Shown piece by piece: positions 21,859 through 31,546 of a stretch of DNA of 64,000 bases. The position numbers and the translations under genes were made by a program. Origin of the DNA: an uncultured Bdellovibrionales bacterium (GTDB lineage Bacteria; Patescibacteriota; Minisyncoccia; Moranbacterales; UBA9337). The stretch lies in NCBI GenBank assembly GCA_964605525.1, contig CAZSCV010000002.1:5888-69887 (forward strand). The letters are read 5' to 3'. The notes beneath the pieces are model-generated. The model was not told the DNA's origin and ran no database searches. It was given only the letters and a program-made list of their open reading frames with translations. Positions within the stretch are counted from its first letter, which is position 1, and each line of letters starts with the position of its first letter.

Positions 21859-21950
21859 CCTTTACATTTTTTGAGATTGTTGTATTTTTATATTCAGTTG
21901 TTTTATGGTTCTTTTTTTATTTTATTCTTTTCTTAAAAGGAGGGGGAAGA

Positions 21951-22241
21951 ATGAAAATATGTATCACTAGCGAGAGCAATGAGGCAAAAAGATTAAAGGA
22001 AATTGCTGGCTCAACTGAGGGCATTGAGCTTTGTGATGTGGAAAAAATATATGAAGCAGACGTGGTCATATATTTTTCTTTAAACGATATGAAAAAATAT
22101 TTCGTCCATCCGGATGGAAGAATTATTTTTTTTGTTTATTGCGAATCTCCGATATGGTATTATACTCAGGTTTTAAAATGCGTAACCATTGAAGATTTGG
22201 AAAATAATTTTCCTAAATTCATCGCCGATTGTTGCGCGTGA
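21951..22241 (+). CDS. hypothetical protein (orphan)
   Basis: 96-aa ORF with strong SD (AAGGAGGGGG) and its own terminator at ~22254-22289. Confidence 0.65.
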   Translation: MKICITSESNEAKRLKEIAGSTEGIELCDVEKIYEADVVIYFSLNDMKKYFVHPDGRIIFFVYCESPIWYYTQVLKCVTIEDLENNFPKFIADCCA

Positions 22242-22364
22242 TGATAGTTTCAGCAGGGAGGCGCTCACGTAGTGCCCCCTGTATTTTTTAACTTGAAATA
22301 ATCTTCTTTTTGGTTTATATTTATATAAGAAATGAGTGGGTAATTTTGAAATAATAATAAAAAA

Positions 22365-23636
22365 ATGATTGATAAAATAATGCAGGTTTTTCGGGTAAAA
22401 GAGCTTCGGAATAAGATTTTGTTTATTCTTGGTCTTTTGGTGGTTTTTCGTTTGGCGGCCAACATTCCGGTTCCAGGAGTGGACGTGATCCAATTGCGGA
22501 ATTTTTTTGATGCTAATCAGCTTTTTGGGCTTCTTAATATGTTTTCCGGAGGAGGTTTGGCGAATATCTCCATTGTGCTCTTGGGAGTCGGACCATATAT
22601 TACATCTTCAATTATTATGCAGCTCTTGACGATGATTATTCCTCGGATGGAGCAGCTTTACAAAGAGGAGGGAGAGGCGGGACGGCAAAAGTTCAATATG
22701 ATCACTCGTTGGATTACTGTTCCGCTGGCGGCAATGCAGACCTTTGCAATGATCAGCCTTTTGCGATCCCAGCAAGTTTTGAGTGAATTATCCCCTTTTA
22801 ATATGTTTGTGATTATTGTGGTGGCAACAGCCGGAACGGTGTTTTTGATGTGGCTTGGCGAGTTGATTACGGAAAAGGGAATCGGCAATGGAGTTTCAAT
22901 GATAATTTTCGCCGGAATTGTGGCGAGTATTCCAAGTTCATTTTCTCGCTTGATTGCAACTTTTAATTCAGCTGATTTTTTCAGTTATTTGCTTTTCTTG
23001 GTAATTGGATTGGCAACAATTGCCGGTGTTGTTTTGGTGAATGAGGGACAGCGAAATATTCCAGTTTCCTACGCCAAAAGAATACGCGGAAATCAAACGT
23101 TAGGAGGAACTTCGACGCATTTGCCGCTTCGGGTGAATCAAGCGGGCGTTATTCCGATTATTTTTGCAATTTCAATTATGCTTTTTCCAGGAGTGATTGC
23201 CAGTTTTTTTGCCAATTCTTCTCACCAAGCTGTGGCTAATGCCGCGCAATTTGTAAGTTCTCTTTTTCAAAATCAAATTTTTTACGGAGTGGCATATTTT
23301 TTGATGGTGGTTTTATTTACATATTTTTATACGGCAGTTGTTTTTGATCCGTATAAAATATCCGAGAATTTACAAAAACAAGGAGGATATATTCCGGGAA
23401 TTCGACCGGGTGAATCGACGGCCGTATATTTGAATAAGATTATTAATCGCATCACTCTTTCCGGGTCTTTGTTTTTGGGGCTAATTGCCGTGCTTCCGCT
23501 GGTAGTCCAAGGAATAACAAATATTGCGACAATGACAATTGGAGGAACTAGCATCTTGATTGCAGTTTCCGTGGTTATTGAAATGATCAAGCAAATAGAA
23601 AGCCAGATGGTAATGCGGGATTACGAGGGATTTTAA
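22365..23636 (+). CDS. secY: preprotein translocase subunit SecY
   Basis: LGVGPYITSSII, GIGNGVS, AGVIPIIFA, IPGIRPG; multiple TMs. Confidence 0.99.
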   Translation: MIDKIMQVFRVKELRNKILFILGLLVVFRLAANIPVPGVDVIQLRNFFDANQLFGLLNMFSGGGLANISIVLLGVGPYITSSIIMQLLTMIIPRMEQLYKEEGEAGRQKFNMITRWITVPLAAMQTFAMISLLRSQQVLSELSPFNMFVIIVVATAGTVFLMWLGELITEKGIGNGVSMIIFAGIVASIPSSFSRLIATFNSADFFSYLLFLVIGLATIAGVVLVNEGQRNIPVSYAKRIRGNQTLGGTSTHLPLRVNQAGVIPIIFAISIMLFPGVIASFFANSSHQAVANAAQFVSSLFQNQIFYGVAYFLMVVLFTYFYTAVVFDPYKISENLQKQGGYIPGIRPGESTAVYLNKIINRITLSGSLFLGLIAVLPLVVQGITNIATMTIGGTSILIAVSVVIEMIKQIESQMVMRDYEGF

Positions 23637-23674
23637 TATAATTTTCAATCAATTTATAACGACCAAACTTCAAA

Positions 23675-24445
23675 ATGGCTATTTCGATTAAAAATGAAAA
23701 AGAAATTGCGCTGATGCGGGAAAGCGGACGGAGACTGGCTCAGGTTATGGTTGAATTGGGAAGGGCGGTACATCCAGGAGTATCAACGCTGGAATTAGAC
23801 AAGCTCGCCGAGGAGCTTGTTTTGCAAAAAGAAGGCATTCCCGCTTTTAAGGGTTATGGAAAAGAAACTGGAAACCCGTTTCCGGCGACTATTTGCGCAT
23901 CGATCAATGATGAAGTTGTACATGGAATTCCTTCTGAAAATGTTGTTTTGAAGGAAGGGGATATTTTGAAAATCGACATCGGGATGAAGTATCAAGGATT
24001 TTTTTCAGATATGGCACGCAGTTTTGGAGTGGGAAATATCGGTGAAAAAGAAAAAAGAATAATTGAAACGGTAAAAAATTCACTTTCTGATGGAATAAAG
24101 AAAATTAAAAAAGGAGGAAGACTGAGTGAATATTCAAAAGCGGTTCAATCTTGTGCGGAAGGTAATGGATATTCAGTGGTTCGAAATTTGGTGGGACATG
24201 GTATTGGAAGAAAATTGCATGAAGATCCTCAAATCCCCAATTATTATAATCGGAAAATGGGAGATTTGAAATTGGAAGTGGGAATGACTTTGGCATTGGA
24301 ACCGATGATAAATGAAGGAGGATATGAAACTCGCCTAGGAGATGATGGCTGGGTATTTAAAACTAAAGACGGAAAACTTAGCGCTCATTGGGAGGACACG
24401 GTTTTGGTGACAGAAAAAGGCGTGGAAATTTTGACAGCGTTATAG
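23675..24445 (+). CDS. map: methionine aminopeptidase type I
   Basis: SINDEVVHGIP, GHGIG..LHEDP, LEPM, SAHWEDT. Confidence 0.97.
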   Translation: MAISIKNEKEIALMRESGRRLAQVMVELGRAVHPGVSTLELDKLAEELVLQKEGIPAFKGYGKETGNPFPATICASINDEVVHGIPSENVVLKEGDILKIDIGMKYQGFFSDMARSFGVGNIGEKEKRIIETVKNSLSDGIKKIKKGGRLSEYSKAVQSCAEGNGYSVVRNLVGHGIGRKLHEDPQIPNYYNRKMGDLKLEVGMTLALEPMINEGGYETRLGDDGWVFKTKDGKLSAHWEDTVLVTEKGVEILTAL

Positions 24446-24520
24446 CCGTATTTCAAAAAATGCGCGGGGAAGTTTTTAATAATTGTTTGTGAAAAACCCG
24501 GGAAATAGTTGTTGAATTTT

Positions 24521-24931
24521 ATGAATGATGGGGGTAAAAAATATTTGGGAATTGATTGGGGAAGCGCTAAAATTGGATTGGCGGTTGCCGACAGTGAAAC
24601 GGCAATTTCTTTTGGATATGGAAAAATATCAAACGACAAAAATTTGCTGGATAATTTAATGAAGATAATTTCCGATGAAAAAATTGATGCGGTTGTGATT
24701 GGAATTCCTGAGCATATTGTTCGAAAAGGAGAAAATTTTGAAGGCAGAATTTTGGGAGATGAAATTGAAAAAAAAGCGAAGGTTAAAGTATGTTATCAAA
24801 ATGAAATGTTTACCACGAAAATGGCTAATATCAATTTGATTAAACAGGGAAAAAAGAAGCTCAAGGAGTTTGACGATAAAGAATCCGCCAGAATAATATT
24901 GCAAGAATGGCTGGATAATAACTTCAAATAG
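24521..24931 (+). CDS. ruvX: YqgF/RuvX family RNase H-fold nuclease
   Basis: LGIDWG..KIGLA, VIGIP, NEMFTT, D..SA..ILQ. Confidence 0.88.
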   Translation: MNDGGKKYLGIDWGSAKIGLAVADSETAISFGYGKISNDKNLLDNLMKIISDEKIDAVVIGIPEHIVRKGENFEGRILGDEIEKKAKVKVCYQNEMFTTKMANINLIKQGKKKLKEFDDKESARIILQEWLDNNFK

Positions 24932-24999
24932 TCTTTTATCTTATTTTGTGGTATATTATTTAAAGACAGGATAAATGTTTTAAATTTTAAAAAAAATCA

Positions 25000-25752
25000 A
25001 TGGAAAATAAACCATATTTGTCAGTTATTATTCCGGCATACCGGGAGGAAGAGAGAATTGGCAGGAATTTGATGGAGATTGAGAAATATCTCAAAGGAAA
25101 AAATTTTGATTATGAAATTTTGGTCGTTGTTGATGGTTCTCCGGATAATACTGCCGAAGTGGCAAGAAATTATTCCCAGCAGATTGATAACTTGAGAGTA
25201 ATTGACAATCCGGAAAATCATGGAAAAGGCTATGTTGTCAGACAAGGTCTTTTAGAAGCGAAAGGAAAATTCCGTCTTTTTTTGGATGCGGATGGGTCAA
25301 CTTCAATTAATCATCTGGATAAATTTTTGCCTGAAATCGAAAAAGAAGGCAATGACATTGTAATTGGATCGCGTGATATTGATGGAGCATTCATCCAAAT
25401 CCATCAGCCTAGGCATCGAGAGCTGATGGGTGATGCTGGAAATTGGTTAATTCGAATTGTTTTGGGATTGTGGTCATTTCCTGATACGCAATGCGGGTTT
25501 AAAATGCTCAGTGAAAAGGCGGCACAGGAAGTGGCAAGTCGAATGGTTGTTGATCGTTTCGGATTTGATTTTGAATTGATTATTCTGGCGAAGAAGTTGG
25601 GATTTGAGATTAAGCAATTGCCGGTGCGCTGGATGAATGAAGAGGGTTCAACAGTCGGTCTCACAGGGCCAAATGGTTTTATTCAGGTATTGATTGATTT
25701 GTTTAAAACTAAATGGAGATTGATTACGGGGAAATATAATATAAAAAAATAA
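25000..25752 (+). CDS. GT2 glycosyltransferase (polyprenyl-phosphate glucosyltransferase-like)
   Basis: SVIIPAY, VVDGS.D, NHGKG, DADG, DTQCGFK, FDFE. Confidence 0.9.
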   Translation: MENKPYLSVIIPAYREEERIGRNLMEIEKYLKGKNFDYEILVVVDGSPDNTAEVARNYSQQIDNLRVIDNPENHGKGYVVRQGLLEAKGKFRLFLDADGSTSINHLDKFLPEIEKEGNDIVIGSRDIDGAFIQIHQPRHRELMGDAGNWLIRIVLGLWSFPDTQCGFKMLSEKAAQEVASRMVVDRFGFDFELIILAKKLGFEIKQLPVRWMNEEGSTVGLTGPNGFIQVLIDLFKTKWRLITGKYNIKK

Positions 25753-25761
25753 TCTTTCTTT

Positions 25762-26823
25762 ATGGAGATAGAAATATCCGCTTCTGGCGGAAAAAAATCA
25801 AAAGAAAATCAAGAAGAATGTGAAAAAAACAATGACGCCTCTGAGCTGCGTCAGGATTTGGTGACCGGTGATTGGGTGGTGATTGCAACCGGGCGTGCCA
25901 AACGTCCTGAAGATTTTTCCAAAAACATTCGTCAGATTCCCGAAGACGATCTGAATAAATGTCTTTTTTGCGATCCGGAAAAAACCGGGCAGGAGAAAGA
26001 CGTTTTGATTTATCGCCAGGATGATGGAGAGTGGACGCTGCGAGTTTTTCCAAATAAATATCCAGCTTTTTCCCATTCTTGCGTTCCAAAATCTTTGTCA
26101 GAGGGGCCGTATTTTTCAATGACTGGATTTGGATATCATGAAGTTCTTGTGACACGGGATCATAGGCGGCATATGGCGCTTTTAAGTGAAATGGAAATTG
26201 CCGAGGTTTTTGATGCTTATCAAGACCGTTATCTTTCTTTAATGAAGGAAAAAAATGTGAATTATATCAGCATTTTCCATAACCACGGAAAAGAGGCCGG
26301 GGCTTCAATTGCCCATCCGCATTCGCAGTTGATGGCGATTCCGGCAATTTCTCCTTATGTGAAGTCAGAATTGGATGGAGCGGAAAATTATTTCCGTTCA
26401 AATGGAAACTTTGTTTATGGAATAATGGCGGAACATGAAAGCCAGGAAAAAACCCGGGTGGTTTTTGAAAATGACCGGTTTATTGCATTTTGCCCTTTTT
26501 CAAGTCGCGCCGCATTTGAAGTTTGGGTAATGCCGAAATACCAGCAGCCTTATTTTGAAAGAACTAACAATGAAGACAAATTGAAATTGGCGGAAGTTTT
26601 CAAAAAAGCCATGCAAGGAATATATGAAGCATTAAAAGATCCGGCTTATAATTTTTACATCCATACTGCTCCGTGCGATGGAAGAGATTACCCTTCGTAT
26701 CGCTGGCATATTGAGATTTTGCCTCATACTGCAAATTGGGCGGGATTTGAATTAGAAACCGGGATTGAAATTTCTACCATTCAACCTGAAGTAGCAGCGG
26801 AGTATATAAGAAAACAATTTTAA
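25762..26823 (+). CDS. galT: galactose-1-phosphate uridylyltransferase (HIT superfamily)
   Basis: RAKRP, CLFC, PNKYPA, GASIAHPHSQ, AGFE. Confidence 0.9.
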   Translation: MEIEISASGGKKSKENQEECEKNNDASELRQDLVTGDWVVIATGRAKRPEDFSKNIRQIPEDDLNKCLFCDPEKTGQEKDVLIYRQDDGEWTLRVFPNKYPAFSHSCVPKSLSEGPYFSMTGFGYHEVLVTRDHRRHMALLSEMEIAEVFDAYQDRYLSLMKEKNVNYISIFHNHGKEAGASIAHPHSQLMAIPAISPYVKSELDGAENYFRSNGNFVYGIMAEHESQEKTRVVFENDRFIAFCPFSSRAAFEVWVMPKYQQPYFERTNNEDKLKLAEVFKKAMQGIYEALKDPAYNFYIHTAPCDGRDYPSYRWHIEILPHTANWAGFELETGIEISTIQPEVAAEYIRKQF

Positions 26824-26831
26824 TTTTAAAT

Positions 26832-27452
26832 ATGATTGCTGATTTAATTTCATTTTTGGCGCAGTTTATAATCTGGGGAATAGACCTGTTGGGATATGCG
26901 GGAGTGGCCTTGATGATGGCAATTGAGTCCGCTTGTATTCCGCTTCCATCTGAAATAATTATGCCTTTTTCCGGTTACCTGGTTTCTATTGGAAAATTTT
27001 CTCTGTGGGGAGTTTCTTTCGCCGGAGCGATCGGGTGCGTAATTGGAAGTGCAGTGGCTTATTGGGTGGGTTATTATGGCGGACGGCCGGCGGCGGAAAA
27101 ATATGGAAAATATATTTTGGTTACGCGCCACGATTTGGATATTGCGGATAATTTTTTCAAAAAATACGGCAATGCCGCAGTTTTTATTTCCCGGATGCTT
27201 CCTGTGGTACGAACTTTCATTTCACTTCCGGCAGGAATTGCCAAGATGAATTTTCCCAAGTTTATTGCCTACACTTTTGCCGGTTCGTTGCCATTTTGCT
27301 ATATTTTGGCATATATCGGAAAGGAATTGGGCGATAATTGGGATACGCTTGGTGTATATTTCCACAAATTTGACGCGGTAATCGGAATATTGATTTTTAT
27401 TAGCCTGATTTGGTTTGTGCGCCGGCATATAAATATAAAAAACCTCGCGTAA
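26832..27452 (+). CDS. DedA family membrane protein
   Basis: ESACIPLPSE, R.LP.VRTFISLPAG. Confidence 0.93.
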   Translation: MIADLISFLAQFIIWGIDLLGYAGVALMMAIESACIPLPSEIIMPFSGYLVSIGKFSLWGVSFAGAIGCVIGSAVAYWVGYYGGRPAAEKYGKYILVTRHDLDIADNFFKKYGNAAVFISRMLPVVRTFISLPAGIAKMNFPKFIAYTFAGSLPFCYILAYIGKELGDNWDTLGVYFHKFDAVIGILIFISLIWFVRRHINIKNLA

Positions 27453-27457
27453 ATAAT

Positions 27458-28234
27458 ATGAATACAAAAAAAATAATAGTTGGAAATTTGAAGATGAATC
27501 TCATAACCCTCTCCGAAAGAGATGGTTATTTGAAGTTGTTAAAAAGTGAGATAAAAAAAATGAAAAATGATGGAAGTTGGGAATTGATTTTGTGTGTTCC
27601 TTTTGTTCATTTGGATTTTTTTTCCAAAAATTTGAAAGGAAAAAATATTTATCCGGGAGTGCAGAATATTTTTTGGGATGAGCGAGGTTCGTTTACGGGA
27701 GAAATTTCTCCGGTTATGGCGAAAGAATACGGGGCGAAATATTCAATTGTCGGGCACAGCGAAAGGCGGAGATATTTCAATGAAAGCGACCAGGAAGTAA
27801 ATAAAAAAATAAAAATAGCGATTAAAAATCAAATAACTCCGATTTTATGTGTCGGAGAAACTTCGGATGAAAGGAGTAGGGGAATGACAAAGGAAATTGT
27901 TTCCCATCAATTGCTGGACGGACTTGAGGGAGTTTTACCTTTGCAATCGGAGAAAATAATTGTTGTTTATGAGCCTGCTTGGGCAGTGGGATCTGACATT
28001 GAACCTACTAGCAATGAAATAATGGAAGCGCGGATACTGGTTCGCAAGCTTTTGACTCAAAAATATGGGGAAGCTGTTGCCGGAAAAGTGAAAGTTTTGT
28101 ATGGAGGATCGGTGAAAGCGAAGTTGGTAAAAAAAGTTTGCCTTGATCCGCAAATGGACGGAGTTCTTGTCGGGAGAGAAAGTTTGGCGCCGGTTAATCT
28201 GATTGAAATAATTCAAAGTCTTGTCAAATGTTAA
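27458..28234 (+). CDS. tpiA: triosephosphate isomerase
   Basis: GNLKMN, GSFTGEIS, GHSERR, YEPAWAVG, LYGGSV. Confidence 0.93.
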   Translation: MNTKKIIVGNLKMNLITLSERDGYLKLLKSEIKKMKNDGSWELILCVPFVHLDFFSKNLKGKNIYPGVQNIFWDERGSFTGEISPVMAKEYGAKYSIVGHSERRRYFNESDQEVNKKIKIAIKNQITPILCVGETSDERSRGMTKEIVSHQLLDGLEGVLPLQSEKIIVVYEPAWAVGSDIEPTSNEIMEARILVRKLLTQKYGEAVAGKVKVLYGGSVKAKLVKKVCLDPQMDGVLVGRESLAPVNLIEIIQSLVKC

Positions 28235-28258
28235 AAGTAAAATAAAAAAACAAAAAAT

Positions 28259-29131
28259 ATGATTGTCGGAGTAAATGAAATTTTGAGAAAAGCTAAAGAG
28301 GGGGGATATGCTGTCGGAGCTTTCAATGTCGTAAATATGGAAACTGTTCAGGCTATTTTGCAAGCCGCATCAGAATCTCGTTCTCCTGTAATACTTCAGG
28401 TAACGGAAAAAACAATGGATTACGCGGGAGGGCGGAATATTTTTCAGATTATCAAGAATACAGCCGAATTTTATCATAGCGAAGTTCCGGTAGGAATTCA
28501 CTTGGATCATGGAAAAAGTTTTGAGGTTGTTCAGCGGGCGGTAGAAATCGGATTTGATTCAGTTATGTATGACGGTTCGCGAAGGGAATATGAAGATAAT
28601 TTGGCGATGACAAAAAAGGTGGTGGATTTTTGCCAGAAAAATGCATCAGGAGGAGTGAGTGTTCAGGCTGAGCTCGGGAGCGTTCCATATCTTGGGGAAG
28701 TGGATATGAATGATATTGAATGGGAAAAGTATATGACTGATCCGGGACAGGCTGAGGAATTTGTGAGAGAAACCGGAATTTCTGCTTTGGCAGTGGCAAT
28801 TGGAAATGCTCATGGGTTTGCTAAAGAGCGCAAAGAGCCGGATTATGCGCGTTTGGAGATGATTAACAAAGCGGTGAATATTCCTTTGATTTTGCACGGA
28901 GCTTCCGATTGGGAAAATGGAAGAGTGAAGGAGGTTATTAAACGGGGAATTTGTTGTTTTAATGTGGATACTGCCACCAGAATGGCGTTTATTAATAATA
29001 TTATGTTGGCAATAAAAGATGAGGGTGGAGGTTCGTTTGATATGCGTCGGCTTTTGGGAAATGCCAGAGAGGCAATTAAAGAGGTGGTGAAGACAAAAAT
29101 GAAATATTTCGGAAGTGATGGAAAGATATAA
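28259..29131 (+). CDS. fba: class II fructose-bisphosphate aldolase
   Basis: YAVGAFN, HLDHG, SVMYDGS, AIGNAHG, LHGAS. Confidence 0.93.
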   Translation: MIVGVNEILRKAKEGGYAVGAFNVVNMETVQAILQAASESRSPVILQVTEKTMDYAGGRNIFQIIKNTAEFYHSEVPVGIHLDHGKSFEVVQRAVEIGFDSVMYDGSRREYEDNLAMTKKVVDFCQKNASGGVSVQAELGSVPYLGEVDMNDIEWEKYMTDPGQAEEFVRETGISALAVAIGNAHGFAKERKEPDYARLEMINKAVNIPLILHGASDWENGRVKEVIKRGICCFNVDTATRMAFINNIMLAIKDEGGGSFDMRRLLGNAREAIKEVVKTKMKYFGSDGKI

Positions 29132-29146
29132 GTATAATTTTAATAT

Positions 29147-29353
29147 ATGTGTTTGGCATATCCTGGGAAAATTAAAAATGTAAAAGGAAAGACCGCCGAA
29201 GTGGATTTTGGCGGTATTTTAAAAGAGGTTAATATTTCTCTGATTGATGCTAAGAGGGGGGATTATGTCATTGTTCATGCCGGATTTGCGATTGAAGTTA
29301 TGAATAAAGAGGAAGGAATTGAAAGTCAGAAATTATTTAAAGGTGGCAAATAA
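29147..29353 (+). CDS. hypC: hydrogenase maturation chaperone HypC
   Basis: MCLAYPG, GDYVIVHAGFAI. Confidence 0.96.
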   Translation: MCLAYPGKIKNVKGKTAEVDFGGILKEVNISLIDAKRGDYVIVHAGFAIEVMNKEEGIESQKLFKGGK

Positions 29354-29358
29354 TCATC

Positions 29359-29559
29359 CACGTTTAAATAAAAGATGCCGTTTTTCCAAGAAATAATGAA
29401 TTTTTATTTTTCCAATTGTCCCCTTTGGTTAATGTATTTTTTCTTTGTCGACACTCGGTTGGCTCGTGCGTGAAGTTTTTGTTATATACGCACAAAGACA
29501 AGAGTAAAAATAAAAATTCATTATTTCTCGGAAAAGAATATAAAAATTATTTAAATGTG
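29359..29559. repeat. long nested inverted repeat (MITE-like or structured RNA)
   Basis: 30-bp arms 29382-29411 / 29506-29535 (1 mismatch) plus 13-bp outer arms. Confidence 0.75.
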
Positions 29560-29608
29560 TAAATATTCTAGTTATTTGGTTAAGTCTTATATCGTAAAGG
29601 TAAAATAA

Positions 29609-30643
29609 ATGCAGCAAGAATCGATCAAAGAAATTAAAAAATTGGCCAAGGGAATCGGGCGGGAGGTGAATTTGATGGAGGTTTGTGGGACGCATACGCA
29701 GGCGATTAGTCGGAGTGGAATTCGCGGAATTTTGCCGAAAAATATCAACTTGATTACCGGACCGGGATGTCCGGTTTGTGTTACCTCGCAAAAGGATATT
29801 GATGCGATTGTGAGTTTGGCGCTGGCGGGAATTCCAGTGGCGACTTATGGCGATATGTTGAGAGTGCCGGGAAGGTTTGGAAGTTTGAATGAGGCGCGCG
29901 AAAAAGGGGCCGCGGTTTTTGATGTTTATTCGACCGAAGACGCTTTGAAATTGCAAAAAAAACATCCGGAGTTGGTTTTTTTCGGATTGGGATTTGATAC
30001 GACGGCGCCGATGACGGCGTGGGCGATTAAAAAAGGATTAACAACATATTCTACACACAAGACTTTTCTTCCGGCAATGAAAGCTTTGCTTGAGATGGGG
30101 GAAATAAGGATAGACGGATTCATCGATCCGGGACACGTGAGCGCGATAATCGGGAGCGAGCCGTATGAAGTTCTCAATGTTGCGCAGGTGATAACCGGAT
30201 TTGAGACGCAAGATATTTTGGAAGGAATTTTGATGTTGCTGCGCCAAATAAAAGATGAGCGAAAAGATGTGGAGAATCAATATTCCAGAGTGGTGAAGAA
30301 AGAAGGAAATGAAAAAGCGCGCGGTTTGATTTTGGAAGTTTTCGAAATCGGAAACGGTGATTGGCGCGGGTTCGGAATAATTCCCGGATCGGGATTGGAA
30401 ATCAAAAATGAATTTTCAAAATATGACGCGAAGAAAAAGCACAAAAATATCCTGGATAAAATCGATTTTGAAAAATCAAAAGACCCTGCCGGGTGCGCGT
30501 GCGGCGAGGTGATTCGTGGCTTGAAAACGCCAAAAAAATGCCCGATGTTCGGAAAAAGATGCACCCCGGAAAATCCAGTCGGACCGTGTATGGTATCGGT
30601 GGAAGGCGCTTGTAATAATTTTTTCAAAGAAAACAACCAATAA
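29609..30643 (+). CDS. hypD: hydrogenase maturation protein HypD
   Basis: MEVCGTHT, GPGCPVC, GFDTTAP, PGHVS, C-terminal 4Fe-4S Cys cluster, GPCMVS.EGAC. Confidence 0.97.
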   Translation: MQQESIKEIKKLAKGIGREVNLMEVCGTHTQAISRSGIRGILPKNINLITGPGCPVCVTSQKDIDAIVSLALAGIPVATYGDMLRVPGRFGSLNEAREKGAAVFDVYSTEDALKLQKKHPELVFFGLGFDTTAPMTAWAIKKGLTTYSTHKTFLPAMKALLEMGEIRIDGFIDPGHVSAIIGSEPYEVLNVAQVITGFETQDILEGILMLLRQIKDERKDVENQYSRVVKKEGNEKARGLILEVFEIGNGDWRGFGIIPGSGLEIKNEFSKYDAKKKHKNILDKIDFEKSKDPAGCACGEVIRGLKTPKKCPMFGKRCTPENPVGPCMVSVEGACNNFFKENNQ

Positions 30644-30648
30644 AAAAT

Positions 30649-30682
30649 AAATATTACCATATTACGAAATATGGTAATATTT
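30649..30682. terminator. perfect AT-rich hairpin after hypD
   Basis: AAATATTACCATATT-ACGA-AATATGGTAATATTT. Confidence 0.5.
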
Positions 30683-30767
30683 TAATCTGGAACAATGAAT
30701 TTGTCCCAAAACAAGCCAAAATATTTACATTAGGGTTCAAAAAGAGTAATATGAAATCATACATAAT

Positions 30768-31343
30768 ATGAATGAAGGAATTCGGATAGACAATATTAAA
30801 TTGCATCCTATTTTTGAAGATATAGAAAGTATCTTTTGGTTTTTTATTTTAGCAAATAATACGCTAGCTAATCCAGAGACTAGGAATATTATAAAAAAGG
30901 GAAATGATCCCGTTATAATTTCAATGCTTGAGAAATATGAAAATAATGTAGGTTTAAAAACAAAAATAAATAATAGAAATAACAGATATAATTCTAAAGC
31001 TAATATAAAAAAAGAAACGATTGTTATTGGGAAAACAATGGCTATCCTTACGTATGATTATATCTTGTTATCGGAATATTTTTCAATTCTTTCTCCGTTG
31101 GAAGAATTTAAGTTTCTAAAATTTATTAGAAATGGCGCTGCTCATTGTAATAAGTTTAACCTGAAGGACGAAAAGGGGAATTGGAAGCTTAGCGAAAGAG
31201 AGTTAATTAGTTGGAATGAAAAAAATATTGATAGAGGATTACATAAGACCACGGTTTTCAATAATTTCGTGTTTTTTGGTGATATGTTTTTGTTGGCAAA
31301 TTTTTTCTCAGAAAAAATAAAAGAATTTAATGGGTCAAAATAA
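30768..31343 (+). CDS. putative HEPN-domain protein
   Basis: FLKFIRNGAAH = R-x4-H HEPN-type motif in a helical context; very AT-rich. Confidence 0.6.
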   Translation: MNEGIRIDNIKLHPIFEDIESIFWFFILANNTLANPETRNIIKKGNDPVIISMLEKYENNVGLKTKINNRNNRYNSKANIKKETIVIGKTMAILTYDYILLSEYFSILSPLEEFKFLKFIRNGAAHCNKFNLKDEKGNWKLSERELISWNEKNIDRGLHKTTVFNNFVFFGDMFLLANFFSEKIKEFNGSK

Positions 31344-31546
31344 TTTATATCCTAATATAGTGAATTTTATCAAATCCAAGGGCTATAAAATTAGATAAAA
31401 TTTTATGTTACACAGAATTTTCATAAATATTAAAAAATCCCATGGAAGTGAAAGTCTATCGAAGTCAGTTTCCTTGTGGATATCCACACCGTCAAGAGGC
31501 GGACTAGATCAAAAATCAACCAATCAAAATTATTTTAGCACATATT

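Noticed and set aside
31440-31505. Short palindromes (GTGGATATCCAC, CCGTC-AAGA-GGCGG) upstream of the Schlafen gene
   Set aside because: Single short copies; cannot be told from chance or an operator without genome-wide counts.
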